Made by a program: the position numbers and the translations under genes. From Dehalococcoidia bacterium (GTDB lineage: Bacteria; Chloroflexota; Dehalococcoidia; SpSt-223), in assembly GCA_026003895.1 (NCBI GenBank), contig BPIC01000007.1:19473-83472 (forward strand): a stretch of DNA of 64,000 nt, given 5' to 3'. Each line of letters opens with the position of its first letter. The stretch's first letter is position 1. This document shows, one piece after another, positions 1 to 9,048 of the stretch. The notes under the pieces were generated by a model that did not search any database, was not told the DNA's origin, and saw only the letters and a program-made list of their open reading frames with translations.

Positions 1-648
1 CGCAAGGGTATTGAGCGCCTCGACGGCATCGCGCCGTCGGTCAACCACGTAGGCGCCGAGGTCGGCGAGCTGGAGGTCCCAGTAGGCAAGTTGATCGGGC
101 TTGGCTTGCCGGTCGCGGACGAGCCGAAGCAGCGAGTTGCGCTGGAGAAGGACGCGGTTGTACTGCTGGAGGGATCGAAGATACTTCGCGTCGACCTGAG
201 CGTTCATAATGTCGAGGTAGCGGCGGCGTTGCGATGGCGATCCGGCGACCAGGTCGATATCGAGCGGGCTGAAAAGGACCACCGTCACCTGGCCGATGAC
301 ATCCACAGACCGACGGGGAGCGCCGTTGATCTTCATGCGCTTGGTGATGCCGTTACCGTTTTCACCGAGGGTGGCGGTCATTTCGATCTGGATGACAGAG
401 GCGGCGCGACGGACTTTGGCAACGATCCGGGTGTAGGGGAGCGGATCTTCGAACGCGAGCCAGTTGATCCATTCGCGCTCAGGTGCGCTTCGCGCCGAGC
501 GGGTGGTGGCAACGATATGAATGGCATCGAGGAAGTTCGTCTTTCCTTGGGCGTTGTCACCTTGCAGGACGGTCACGCCGGGCGGCAGGTCCAGCTCAAG
601 ACGGGCATAATTGCGGAAATTCGTCAGGCCGAGATGTTCGCAGCGCAC
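1..648 (-). CDS. recF: DNA replication/repair protein RecF, N-terminal 216 codons (3' end lies beyond window start)
   Basis: Absent from the ORF track because it runs off the window edge. My minus-strand translation from GTG at 648 reads VRCEHLGLTNFRNYARLELDLPPGVTVLQGDNAQGKTNFLDAIHIVATTRSARS...SPSQRRRYLDIMNAQVD...LLQRNSLLR. It shows a RecF-type LxNFRNY N-terminus and Walker A GDNAQGKT. Confidence 0.85.
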   Translation of the reverse strand, partial: MRCEHLGLTNFRNYARLELDLPPGVTVLQGDNAQGKTNFLDAIHIVATTRSARSAPEREWINWLAFEDPLPYTRIVAKVRRAASVIQIEMTATLGENGNGITKRMKINGAPRRSVDVIGQVTVVLFSPLDIDLVAGSPSQRRRYLDIMNAQVDAKYLRSLQQYNRVLLQRNSLLRLVRDRQAKPDQLAYWDLQLADLGAYVVDRRRDAVEALNTLA

Positions 649-757
649 GGCTGACCCAGCGGAGCGGATGCTCGAACCGTAGCACGAACGTGCTCCCCTC
701 GCCAGCCGGGATGATCGTCGGCTCCGATCGGCGCGTATTCGGAATGGAGGTGGCGCC

Positions 758-1460
758 ATGTCGGACCTCGCCGCGTTGCTCGATACCTACGGCCTGCTGG
801 CGCTCGCGCTGGTGCTCTTTCTCAAGGAGGCGGGAATCCCGATTCCGGTGCCGGGCGATGTGCTCGTCATCGTTGCTGGGACGCGCGCGGCCGCCGGCGC
901 CTTCGGGATCGTCGAACTGGTGCTCGTGCTGGTCGTTGCGGCAGTGCTCGGCGCCCTCATTCAATATGCGGTGGCGCGGGGGCCGGGGCGCCGGCTGCTC
1001 TACCGATTCGGTCGGCTTTTTGGACTGTCGGCAGCGCGGCTCGACCGGGTTGCTGCTTCGGTTGGCCGGCGGGGGTCCACTGGGCGTCGCCGCCGGTCGG
1101 CTCACGCCGGGGGTGCGCACCGTCGTGGTGATTGCCTGTGGGCTGGCCGCAATGCCGCTGCGCCGGTTCGTCCTTGGCATTGTCATTGGCAGCGGGCTGT
1201 TCTTCAGCCTCCACGCCGCTCTTGGCTTTGTCGCCGGGCCGCCGATCGTCGCCGCGGTGCAGGGGCTGAACCTGCCAATCGTCCCGCTTCTGCTCGTCAA
1301 CGCGTTCGCCGGGCTGGTGTTTTGGTTGCTGCGCCGGCGGCGAGCGGCGCCAGCTGCGCTGGCCTGGGTGGATGCTGGCTGCCCGGCCTGCGCGGTCGCC
1401 GGTCTCGTGCTCCGCGACCCAGCGCTGGGCGACGGCGTCGCCGCACAGGCCGCCGCCTGA
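758..1460 (+). pseudogene. DedA/SNARE-associated family membrane protein, reading frame broken by one extra G
   Basis: N-terminal half in the frame of ORF 758 (LFLKEAGIPIPVPGDVLVIVAG...RLDRVAASVGRRG). C-terminal half in the frame of ORF 483..1460 (GPLGVAAGRLTPGVRTVVVIACGLAAMPLRRFVLGIVIGSGLFF). The two join across G5 run 1071-1075. Deleting one G restores ...VGRRGPLGVAAGRLTPGVRT, which is DedA-like. Confidence 0.7.
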
Positions 1461-1734
1461 CTGCCTCTCGTCTGGGACGGACAAAGCGCGAGGAGTGTCG
1501 GCGATGCGAGGAAATCAGCGGGACGCTCCTCGCTGGCGGTCTGAACGCCCAAAGAATGCCGCCTCGCGTCGCTGAGGATTGGCTTCCCCGCAAAGGCTCG
1601 TGGTCGAACGCGCCACGACGCGCCGGCCAGTGTCACGATGGGGGCAAGGGCGTCTGTCTGCAGCGCTATGGAGGCCTTGGATCGGGGGTGCGCATCGTCG
1701 GCCGGTGGTGGCGGGGTGCGCGGCCGTCAGCGCC

Positions 1735-2652
1735 TCAGTCGAGGTCGAGTTTGAGGGCGCGAATAGCATTCTTGCGCATGAACTTCTCGTAGACCTCGGG
1801 CCGGAACTCGCGGCGTTTGCCACCCCACTCGAACCCATTTTCGATGGTCGCGTTGAAATCGTCGATCCAGACCTTGGGGTCGATGGCCGGATAGTCGGAG
1901 CCGAAGACGAACTTGTCCTGCAGGACGGTGTTCATGTACTGGAAGATGATCGGATCGGTCCAATAGATGTAGCGCGGGAGCCAACCGGACAGGTCGATAT
2001 AGACGTGTTCATGCCGCCAGGCAACGGCAAGTGCTTCGGATGCCCAAGGCCAGCCGGAATGGCCCATGATGATCCGCAGGTTCGGGAAGTCGGTTGCGAT
2101 GTCGTCGATCGCCACCGGCTGGCAGGAGCGGATCTTGCAGCGCGTCATCCGGGTTGTTCCGGTGTGGATGAGCACACACATATCGAGCGCTTCGCACGCC
2201 TCGAGGATGGGGTACATCAGTTTCTGGTCGTTCGGAAAGCAGTCCTGATAGGCGGGGTGGAACTTGAGCCCGATGAGCCCGAGCTCATTCTTGCAGCGCT
2301 CGGTCTCGCGCACCGCCGCCCGGGCGCCAAGATGGGGATCAACGCCGCCGAGGCCGAGGAACATGTCCGGGTAATCACGGCAGTATTTGGCGAGGTAGTC
2401 GTTTGGCAGGGCGCGGCCCCATTCGTGGTACGAGACCATGTTAACGAGGACGGCGCGTTCGCAATTGGCGCGCTTGTAGGTCTGGTAGGTCTCGGCGATC
2501 GGCAGATATTGCCGGCCGTGGTGTGGGGCGTCTGGCTGTTTGCTGAAGAAGCCGTAGTGGGCCTCGGTGTAGGACGGGCCATGGCCGAGGCAGGTCTCTT
2601 CAGTAAAGGGATGAATGTGGACGTCGATCGGCTTGACGTCGACTAGCGGCAT
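1735..2652 (-). CDS. Amidohydrolase_2 (PF04909-like) metal-dependent hydrolase/decarboxylase family protein
   Basis: 305-aa ORF with IDVHIHPF at the N-terminus, then GLKFHP, VLIHTG, GHSGWPW and FGSDYP, typical of the ACMSD/LigI-type TIM-barrel amidohydrolase_2 family. Confidence 0.8.
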   Translation of the reverse strand: MPLVDVKPIDVHIHPFTEETCLGHGPSYTEAHYGFFSKQPDAPHHGRQYLPIAETYQTYKRANCERAVLVNMVSYHEWGRALPNDYLAKYCRDYPDMFLGLGGVDPHLGARAAVRETERCKNELGLIGLKFHPAYQDCFPNDQKLMYPILEACEALDMCVLIHTGTTRMTRCKIRSCQPVAIDDIATDFPNLRIIMGHSGWPWASEALAVAWRHEHVYIDLSGWLPRYIYWTDPIIFQYMNTVLQDKFVFGSDYPAIDPKVWIDDFNATIENGFEWGGKRREFRPEVYEKFMRKNAIRALKLDLD

Positions 2653-2681
2653 CGCGTGCTCCTCGCCGGGTAATGGGGATG

Positions 2682-3464
2682 CTAACGCGGGAAGCGCGAG
2701 TAGTCAGGCGGGCGTTTCTCCAGGAAGGCGGTCATTCCCTCGGTCGACTGCTCGTTGTTCCAGACGACGTTCAGCAATTCGCTGCCGTGCATCCACGACG
2801 GATAGTGCAGGTCACCGAGATAGTTCAGGTTCACCTTGAGATAGCGCAGCGTCGCCGGCGCGTGGCTGTTGATGGTCGCCGCCCACTCTTCGACCTTCGC
2901 CTCAAGCTGGTCGTCGGGGACGACCGCATTGATCATGCCCCAATCGAGCGCCTCTTGGGCGCTGATCCGCCGGGCGAGAAAGAGCATCTCTCGAGCGCGG
3001 CGGTCGCCGATCGTGATTGGTAGATATTGGGTCGCGCCGACCACAGGGAGGGCGCCGACACGAGCGCCTGACTGGCCGAAGATCGCCGTCTCGCTCGCAC
3101 ACACGAGGTCACAGTAGAGCTGCCATTCGTTGCCGCCACCGATGCAGTAGCCCCGCACCATCGCAATCGTTGGTTTGCCGCAATTGCGAAGCAGCATGCA
3201 GAGCCGTCGCATCTTGTTGTTCCAGATGTGGCCGGTGGTCTCGTCGAGCGCCAGCATTGCCTGCATCTCGCCGCCGGCGCAGAAATGGTCGCCCACCCCG
3301 TAGAGGACTCCAACCCCGATCGTCGGGTCTTCGTCGAGCTGGGTGAAGGCGTGAATAATTTCGTCGAGCGTCTGCATGTTGAACGCGTTCCGGATGTGCG
3401 GCCGGTTGATGCCGACCCAGAGCGTCCGGTCGCGAACGTCGACGACGAGGTGTTCGTAGTTCAT
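2682..3464 (-). CDS. Enoyl-CoA hydratase/isomerase (crotonase) superfamily protein
   Basis: 260-aa ORF with LWVGINRPHIRNAF, FCAGGEM, PTIAMVRGYCIGGG and a C-terminal EGMTAFLEKRPP, all crotonase-fold hallmarks. Confidence 0.85.
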   Translation of the reverse strand: MNYEHLVVDVRDRTLWVGINRPHIRNAFNMQTLDEIIHAFTQLDEDPTIGVGVLYGVGDHFCAGGEMQAMLALDETTGHIWNNKMRRLCMLLRNCGKPTIAMVRGYCIGGGNEWQLYCDLVCASETAIFGQSGARVGALPVVGATQYLPITIGDRRAREMLFLARRISAQEALDWGMINAVVPDDQLEAKVEEWAATINSHAPATLRYLKVNLNYLGDLHYPSWMHGSELLNVVWNNEQSTEGMTAFLEKRPPDYSRFPR

Positions 3465-3500
3465 CGCTGCTCCTTGCGCCGTGAAACCCTAGTGGCGAGG

Positions 3501-4985
3501 CTACACGATCGGGCGATAGTCATCTCCTCCGGTGCGCGGTGCGCTCAATTCTGCGGCGACGGCCGCGCCCAACCGCTCGACGCCTTCGCGGATGACCTCC
3601 GGCGGCTGCGCTGCAAAGCAAAGGCGTAGCTCGTTCAGGCCGCTGCCGTCACTGTAGAAGAGATTGGCGCCGGCGAAGAGCACGCCGGCGGCGGTCGCGC
3701 GGTCGAGCAGGCGCGCGGTTTCGATGGCGAAGCCGAGCCGGCACCAGAGGAAGATCCCTCCCTCCGGCACCCGAAACGTGAGCGCCGCTGGCGGCAGACA
3801 AGCGGTGAGCGACGCCGTCATCACGTCCAGCCGGCGGGCGTGCTCGGCACGCAGCCAGACCAAATGGCGATCGAGCCCACCGCTGGTCACGAACTCAGCG
3901 AGCGCCAGTTGCATCAGGTTGGCGGTGTGCATATCGCTGCGCAGCTTGATTTGGGCGAGCTGGCGGATGAGCGCTCGCGGTGCGGCCAGCCACCCGACGC
4001 GCAGCCCCGGCGCGAGCATTTTCGAGAAGGTGTTCAAATAGATGACCACGGAATGCTCGTCCAACTGATAGAGCGGCGGAGGGGGCGAGCCACGGAACCC
4101 GAGCTCACGGTAGGCGTCATCCTCGACAATCGGCACGCGGTAGCGGGCTGCCAGCTCGATCAGGTCGCGTCGTTGGGCAATGCTGAGGGTGGCGCCGGTT
4201 GGATTTTGGTAGGCTGGATTGGTGTAGAGGAGCTTCGGCCGGTAGCGAAGGAAGATATCCTCTAACTCTTCGAAGTCGGCCCGGGCGATGTCCCAGCCGA
4301 CGAGGCGAACGCCGGCCGCGCCGAATGCCTGGAGTGCTGAGCGGTTCCCCGGACGATCGACGACCACGGTGTCGCCGCGCTCGAGGAAGCATTTGGCGAG
4401 CAGATCGAGCCCTTGGAGCGAACCGGAAAGGACCATCACCTGATCCGGGGCGATGCGGTAGCGCGCGCCGATCGCTTGGCGGAGTGCCGGCTGGCCTTCG
4501 GTCGGGCCATGGCCAAAGACGGCGGCTGGTTGGCGAAGCGCTGCTTCGGCCAAGAAGAGCTGGAACTGCTCAGCGGGAAAGCCGTCGAGCGCTGGTGAGC
4601 CGACGGCAAACGAAATGACATCCGGCCGGGCGGCGGCGCGCATCAGCCCCTCGACGGCCGGGTCGACCGGGGCGTGGGCGCCGTAGGCTAGTTTGCTGCG
4701 CCACGCGAGAGGTGCGTCGGCAACGTCCGGGTTGGCGCAGACATACGTGCCGCGGCCGACTTGGCCACGGACGAAGCCGCGCGCCTCCAACTCGCGATAC
4801 GCATTGATGATCGTCGTCCGGCTGACGCCGAGCTGGCCGGCCAACTGCCGCTCCGGAAGCAACCGTGTCCCGGGGGGCAGGTCCCCACGCCGGATCGACT
4901 CTGCCAGCGCCTCGGTCAGCTGCTGGTAGAGCGCGGCCGACCGCGTCCGTGAGAGGGTGAGGCTCGAAAAATCCACGCGCGCCAT
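3501..4985 (-). CDS. MocR/PdxR-type regulator (GntR wHTH fused to a class-I aminotransferase-like domain)
   Basis: LYQQLTEALAESIRRGDLPPGTRLLPERQLAGQLGVSRTTIINAYRELEARGFV is a GntR HTH, followed by about 400 aa of aminotransferase fold (NPAYQNPTG, YLNTFSKMLAPGLRVGW). I chose the start at ATG 4985 (MARVDF) rather than 5090, because the longer form overlaps the divergent gene. Confidence 0.85.
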   Translation of the reverse strand: MARVDFSSLTLSRTRSAALYQQLTEALAESIRRGDLPPGTRLLPERQLAGQLGVSRTTIINAYRELEARGFVRGQVGRGTYVCANPDVADAPLAWRSKLAYGAHAPVDPAVEGLMRAAARPDVISFAVGSPALDGFPAEQFQLFLAEAALRQPAAVFGHGPTEGQPALRQAIGARYRIAPDQVMVLSGSLQGLDLLAKCFLERGDTVVVDRPGNRSALQAFGAAGVRLVGWDIARADFEELEDIFLRYRPKLLYTNPAYQNPTGATLSIAQRRDLIELAARYRVPIVEDDAYRELGFRGSPPPPLYQLDEHSVVIYLNTFSKMLAPGLRVGWLAAPRALIRQLAQIKLRSDMHTANLMQLALAEFVTSGGLDRHLVWLRAEHARRLDVMTASLTACLPPAALTFRVPEGGIFLWCRLGFAIETARLLDRATAAGVLFAGANLFYSDGSGLNELRLCFAAQPPEVIREGVERLGAAVAAELSAPRTGGDDYRPIV

Positions 4986-5083
4986 TCTAGAGTCCGCCGC
5001 CGGCTGAGCAAGGGCCAATCGCCCATTGGCTCTTTTGTATACACTGACTCCCGACGAGAATGCCCCGGGCGGACGGAGGAGAG

Positions 5084-6343
5084 ATGGCACTCAAGAGCAA
5101 GCGCCGGCGCGATAGCCAGCAGTGGATCCTTGACTGGATGACCAAAACGAATGGGCGAGTTCAGAACTTCGCCTACGACTGGCGGCAGCTGCCGCCGGAG
5201 GTCAAGTCCTACCGAATGATCCCGCGGGTGCTCGAGCGCTACGCGCGACATTATGAGGAGATCGCTCGTGCCGCCGAAGCTGCCGGCCACCGCGAGACGG
5301 CGCATGCCCATTATTGGAAGGCCGCCGACACCTACCGTGATGCTCAGCACGCCATCTTTCAAGACGACAACCCCGAGAAGATCTATCTCCACGGCAAGCT
5401 GCTCGAGACGTATGGGAAGGTGATCGAGCTTTCCGACTACCCGATCGAGCGCGTTGAGATCCCGTGGGAGGGCGTGCAGATCCAAGGCGTCTTCCACATG
5501 ACCGGCGAACGTGGCGCCCCGACGGTCATCTACGCACCGGGGATGGACCAGACAAAGGAAACCTATCCCGACCCGGTAGACAATGCCTTTGTCCGGCGTG
5601 GCTTGAATGTCCTCTGTCTCGATGGCCCCGGCCAGGGGACAAGTAACTTGCGCAAAATCCGCGTGACCGACAACAACTGGGAGCGCGCAGCCAGCGCAGC
5701 AATCGACTGGCTTGAGCAGCGTCCCGAGGTCGACCCGAGCCGGATCGGCTTGTGCGGCATTTCCTTCGGCTCCTTTTGGTCGATGCGAACTGCAGCATAT
5801 GACCGGCGGGTCCGCGCCTTAGCGACGGCCTCGGCCTGTTTTTCGTCGAAGCTGGCGATCTTTGAAGAGGATTCGCCGCGCTTCAAGCAGATGTTCATGT
5901 ACATGGCCGGCTATGAGAACGAGGAGTCCTTTGACGAAATGGCCGAGAAGATGACCATGGATGGCCACGCGAAGAACATCACTTGTCCGTCGCTGACCTG
6001 TATTGGCGAATACGACCCGCTCTGCCACCTCGACGAAGCGATCCCGATTTGGGAGCAGATTCCTGGTCCCAAGGAGATGTGGATCCTCGAAGACGACTTT
6101 CATTCGCCGCCCAAGATCGAGGGCCTCGGCGGGCTGGATGTGTACTACTACCTTGCCGATTGGCTACGAGACGCCCTGAATGGCAAGCACGACCAGCCGG
6201 GGATGAGCACAATTCGGATCGTCCCGAAGAAAAGTGGCGCCGGGGCATACTCGCCGCCAGCGCGCGGAGTGTTTCTGCCGGAGCGCGTTGGCGCGACGAT
6301 GCCCGCCGAAGCGATCCTTCGCGGTCACAACGGCCATCGGTAG
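5084..6343 (+). CDS. Alpha/beta hydrolase, FrsA/DUF1100 or 2,6-dihydropseudooxynicotine-hydrolase-like
   Basis: Nucleophile elbow GISFGS, about 420 aa with an N-terminal helical cap region. GGAGGA lies upstream of ATG 5084. Divergent from the MocR regulator. Confidence 0.75.
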   Translation: MALKSKRRRDSQQWILDWMTKTNGRVQNFAYDWRQLPPEVKSYRMIPRVLERYARHYEEIARAAEAAGHRETAHAHYWKAADTYRDAQHAIFQDDNPEKIYLHGKLLETYGKVIELSDYPIERVEIPWEGVQIQGVFHMTGERGAPTVIYAPGMDQTKETYPDPVDNAFVRRGLNVLCLDGPGQGTSNLRKIRVTDNNWERAASAAIDWLEQRPEVDPSRIGLCGISFGSFWSMRTAAYDRRVRALATASACFSSKLAIFEEDSPRFKQMFMYMAGYENEESFDEMAEKMTMDGHAKNITCPSLTCIGEYDPLCHLDEAIPIWEQIPGPKEMWILEDDFHSPPKIEGLGGLDVYYYLADWLRDALNGKHDQPGMSTIRIVPKKSGAGAYSPPARGVFLPERVGATMPAEAILRGHNGHR

Positions 6344-6408
6344 CGCCGAGCGACCATGACCAAATCGTCTCTCACGACATCGGGAGCCGAGTGGAGGGGA
6401 GTGAGCTG

Positions 6409-7719
6409 ATGCACGCTACGAATGTCCGTCGCACGATCGCGCCCGAAGGCGTGGCGCGCCCCCCCTACGGCGCCCCGCCCGCCGTCTTAGCCGGCGATTG
6501 GGTCTTTATCGGCGCGACGATGGCGACCGACTGGGAACGCGGAGTCGCCGAGGACTGCCGCGGCCCCGAGGATTTTCCCTTCGACTTGCCACCGATGGCG
6601 CGCCAAGCCGAGGGCATCTACCGCACGCTTGAACGGGTGCTCGGCGCGGCCGGGAGCGCTGTCAAGCATATTGTCCGCCTCGATCAATTCACGCCGGAGC
6701 ATGGCCAGTTTCGTCATTACTTGCCAGTGCGCGATCGGTACATCACACAGGACCGGCCGGCGAGCACCGCGCTCGCGATCAAAGAGTTGCTTGTCCCCGG
6801 CGCCGTGATGCAACTGGACGGGATTGCAATCGTTCCACGTGACGGGTTCGTCAACGTCGGTATCAACAATCCAGCCGCGCCCGCGCCGCGCGCTGGGTAT
6901 TCGATGGCGATCCGCGCAGGCGATTGGATTTGGTGCTCCGGCGCCTCGCCGACCGATTTCAAGAGCCGAGCCCCCTATCCCGGCGGGGTCGGCCACACCC
7001 AGCCTGAGGAAATCATCGTCGATCCGAACTTCTGGTACGGCTCAGAGATCCGGCTGCAAACGCAATACGACTTGCACAAGCTGGAGCTGTATCTCGATGC
7101 GGCTGGCTCCGACTTCGCCCACGTCGTCAAGGCGCAGGTCTATCTGACCGATGCGCGCGACCTTGGCGGGTTTATGGAGGTGTGGCGGGAGACCTTTGGT
7201 GACGATCCACCAGCAACCTCGGTGCAGGTGATCGACAAGATGGGAATCGGAGGCTCGCGCGTCGAGATCAACATGATCGCGATCGCCAAGGATGGGGCGC
7301 TCCGCCGTGAGGTCATTCACACCGCCGCCGCGCCTCAACCGCACATTCCAGCGCCGCAGGCAATCAAAGCTGGCCCCTATCTGTTTCTCTCCGGCCGCGA
7401 AGCGGTTACCGAGCAGGGAATCGACCCGCGAGTGAAGCCGAACGGCGCGTCGCCGTACCTCGGCTCGAAGAGCCGCGATGAGATGGCTGTCATCTTGGAG
7501 CATACGGATGCCATCTGCCGCGCCGCCGGGGGGTCGCTGCGCGACGTGGTGCGGATGCAGGTGTTCACGCCAGACCTGCGCGAGATTGGTCCGGCGCTCG
7601 GGCCGTGGACGGCTGCCTTCCCGAGCGATGCACCCACCCTCACCGTCGTGGGGGTGACGGGACCGCTGCCGGTCCCCTCGCTCGCCCTGACGACCGACAT
7701 CATGGCCTACATCCCCTAA
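6409..7719 (+). CDS. Protein with three tandem RidA/YjgF/L-PSP-like domains
   Basis: Start at ATG 6409 (MHATNV), preceded by GGAGGGGA. Three consecutive modules of about 140-150 aa each end in the family-typical ...V(E/Q/D)(I/L)..(I/M)A strand (VMQLDGIAIV; RVEINMIAIA; LTTDIMAYIP). The track ORF 5983..7719 carries a spurious 5' extension over the upstream gene. Confidence 0.75.
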   Translation: MHATNVRRTIAPEGVARPPYGAPPAVLAGDWVFIGATMATDWERGVAEDCRGPEDFPFDLPPMARQAEGIYRTLERVLGAAGSAVKHIVRLDQFTPEHGQFRHYLPVRDRYITQDRPASTALAIKELLVPGAVMQLDGIAIVPRDGFVNVGINNPAAPAPRAGYSMAIRAGDWIWCSGASPTDFKSRAPYPGGVGHTQPEEIIVDPNFWYGSEIRLQTQYDLHKLELYLDAAGSDFAHVVKAQVYLTDARDLGGFMEVWRETFGDDPPATSVQVIDKMGIGGSRVEINMIAIAKDGALRREVIHTAAAPQPHIPAPQAIKAGPYLFLSGREAVTEQGIDPRVKPNGASPYLGSKSRDEMAVILEHTDAICRAAGGSLRDVVRMQVFTPDLREIGPALGPWTAAFPSDAPTLTVVGVTGPLPVPSLALTTDIMAYIP

Positions 7720-7957
7720 CGGCAGCGCGTTCTCTCCGCTGGCGCCGCCTGCACCCTGTCGGACGATTGGGTTGTGCCGGGGGAGCAGGGATTGCCACGC
7801 CTCGCTGGTGGAGGGCACAGCAGGCAAACGGTCCTCGCCGCCGAGCATTCTGGGAGCACCCGAACATCGTGCGCGGTGCGGTCTCAGTGCAGCCGAGCTC
7901 GTGCCGACCCGGAGGTAGGGCGAGTGGCGCAGGTTGACGTGGGAACTCGCTGCGGTG

Positions 7958-8974
7958 TCAGCGGACGGCGGTGGGCTGGGGAGCGGGGCGAGCGAAGCCC
8001 GGCGAGTCGTAGGGATAGCCGAGGTCGATCGCGCTTGCGGCGTCGAGTTGGGCGGTCGCCTCGGGAGACAGGCGGAGGGCGAGCGCTCCGAGCGTGTCGG
8101 CCAGCTGGTCACGCGTACGAGCGCCGATGATCGGCGCGGTGATCCCCGGCCGGTCCATCACCCAGCGCAGCGCAACCTGTGCTGGCGTTGCTCGGCACTC
8201 GTCGGCCACCGCTCGAACGGTATCAATGATGCGGAAGGTGCGTTCGTTCAGCCGGGCGTTCCAGCGGGAGGCGAAGGGGCTGCGCTGCGCCTGATCGCCG
8301 CGGCTGCCGGGCGGCGGCGGCTCGTGCTGGCGGTACTTGCCGGTCAGCAGTCCGCCGCCGAGCGGGCTCCAAGGGATGATGCCGAGACCAAATGCCTGAC
8401 AGGCGGGGATAAGCTCGCGCTCGATGTCGCGCCGGAGCAGGCTGTATTCGGGTTGAAGGGAGATCCAAGCCGGTTGGCGGCGCTCGGTCGCCAATGTCCA
8501 CGATTGCCCCAACTGCCAGCCGGTCAGATTGGAGCAGCCGAGGTAGCGCACCTTGCCCGCGCGGACGCAGTCGGCAAGCGCGTCCAGCGTTTCTTCGATC
8601 GGCGTGCTGTCGTCCCAGCGGTGGATCTGGTAGAGGTCGATCCAGTCGGTTCGAAGGCGACGGAGGCTGGCGTCGACCTGATCGAGGATGTGGCGGCGCG
8701 AGAGGCCGACATCGAGCGGTCCCGGCCCGATCGGTCCGCGCACCTTGGTCGCCAAGACGATTGCTCGGCGTTTTGCGCCGAGCAGCCGGCCGAGCTGTTC
8801 CTCCGACGCGCCACCGCCGTAGACATTCGCGGTGTCGATGCAATTGCCCCCGGCATCGAGGTACTGGTCGATGATGGCGCGGGCGTCGTCGTCGCTCAGC
8901 TGGCCGAACTGCATTGCGCCGAGGATCAGCTCGCTCACTTGGAGGCCAGATCGGCCGAGCGGTCGTAGCTTCAT
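7958..8974 (-). CDS. Aldo/keto reductase
   Basis: MKLRPLGRSGLQVSELILGAMQFG, IDTANVYG, DLYQIHRWD and RYLGCSN are AKR signature blocks. The start could be ATG 8974 or 8977. Confidence 0.85.
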   Translation of the reverse strand: MKLRPLGRSGLQVSELILGAMQFGQLSDDDARAIIDQYLDAGGNCIDTANVYGGGASEEQLGRLLGAKRRAIVLATKVRGPIGPGPLDVGLSRRHILDQVDASLRRLRTDWIDLYQIHRWDDSTPIEETLDALADCVRAGKVRYLGCSNLTGWQLGQSWTLATERRQPAWISLQPEYSLLRRDIERELIPACQAFGLGIIPWSPLGGGLLTGKYRQHEPPPPGSRGDQAQRSPFASRWNARLNERTFRIIDTVRAVADECRATPAQVALRWVMDRPGITAPIIGARTRDQLADTLGALALRLSPEATAQLDAASAIDLGYPYDSPGFARPAPQPTAVR

Positions 8975-9048
8975 CATCACGCTCCCACTGGGCAGTATCT
9001 GCGCTTGCACCGCCATCCGCAAGCGGCGATGATCGGCGCGGAGGAGCG

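Noticed and set aside
5983-6408. 5' extension of track ORF 5983..7719, overlapping the hydrolase gene by about 360 nt
   Set aside because: The extension is Arg/Pro-rich with no homology to the RidA modules. A strong SD plus ATG at 6409 begins the first RidA-like module.
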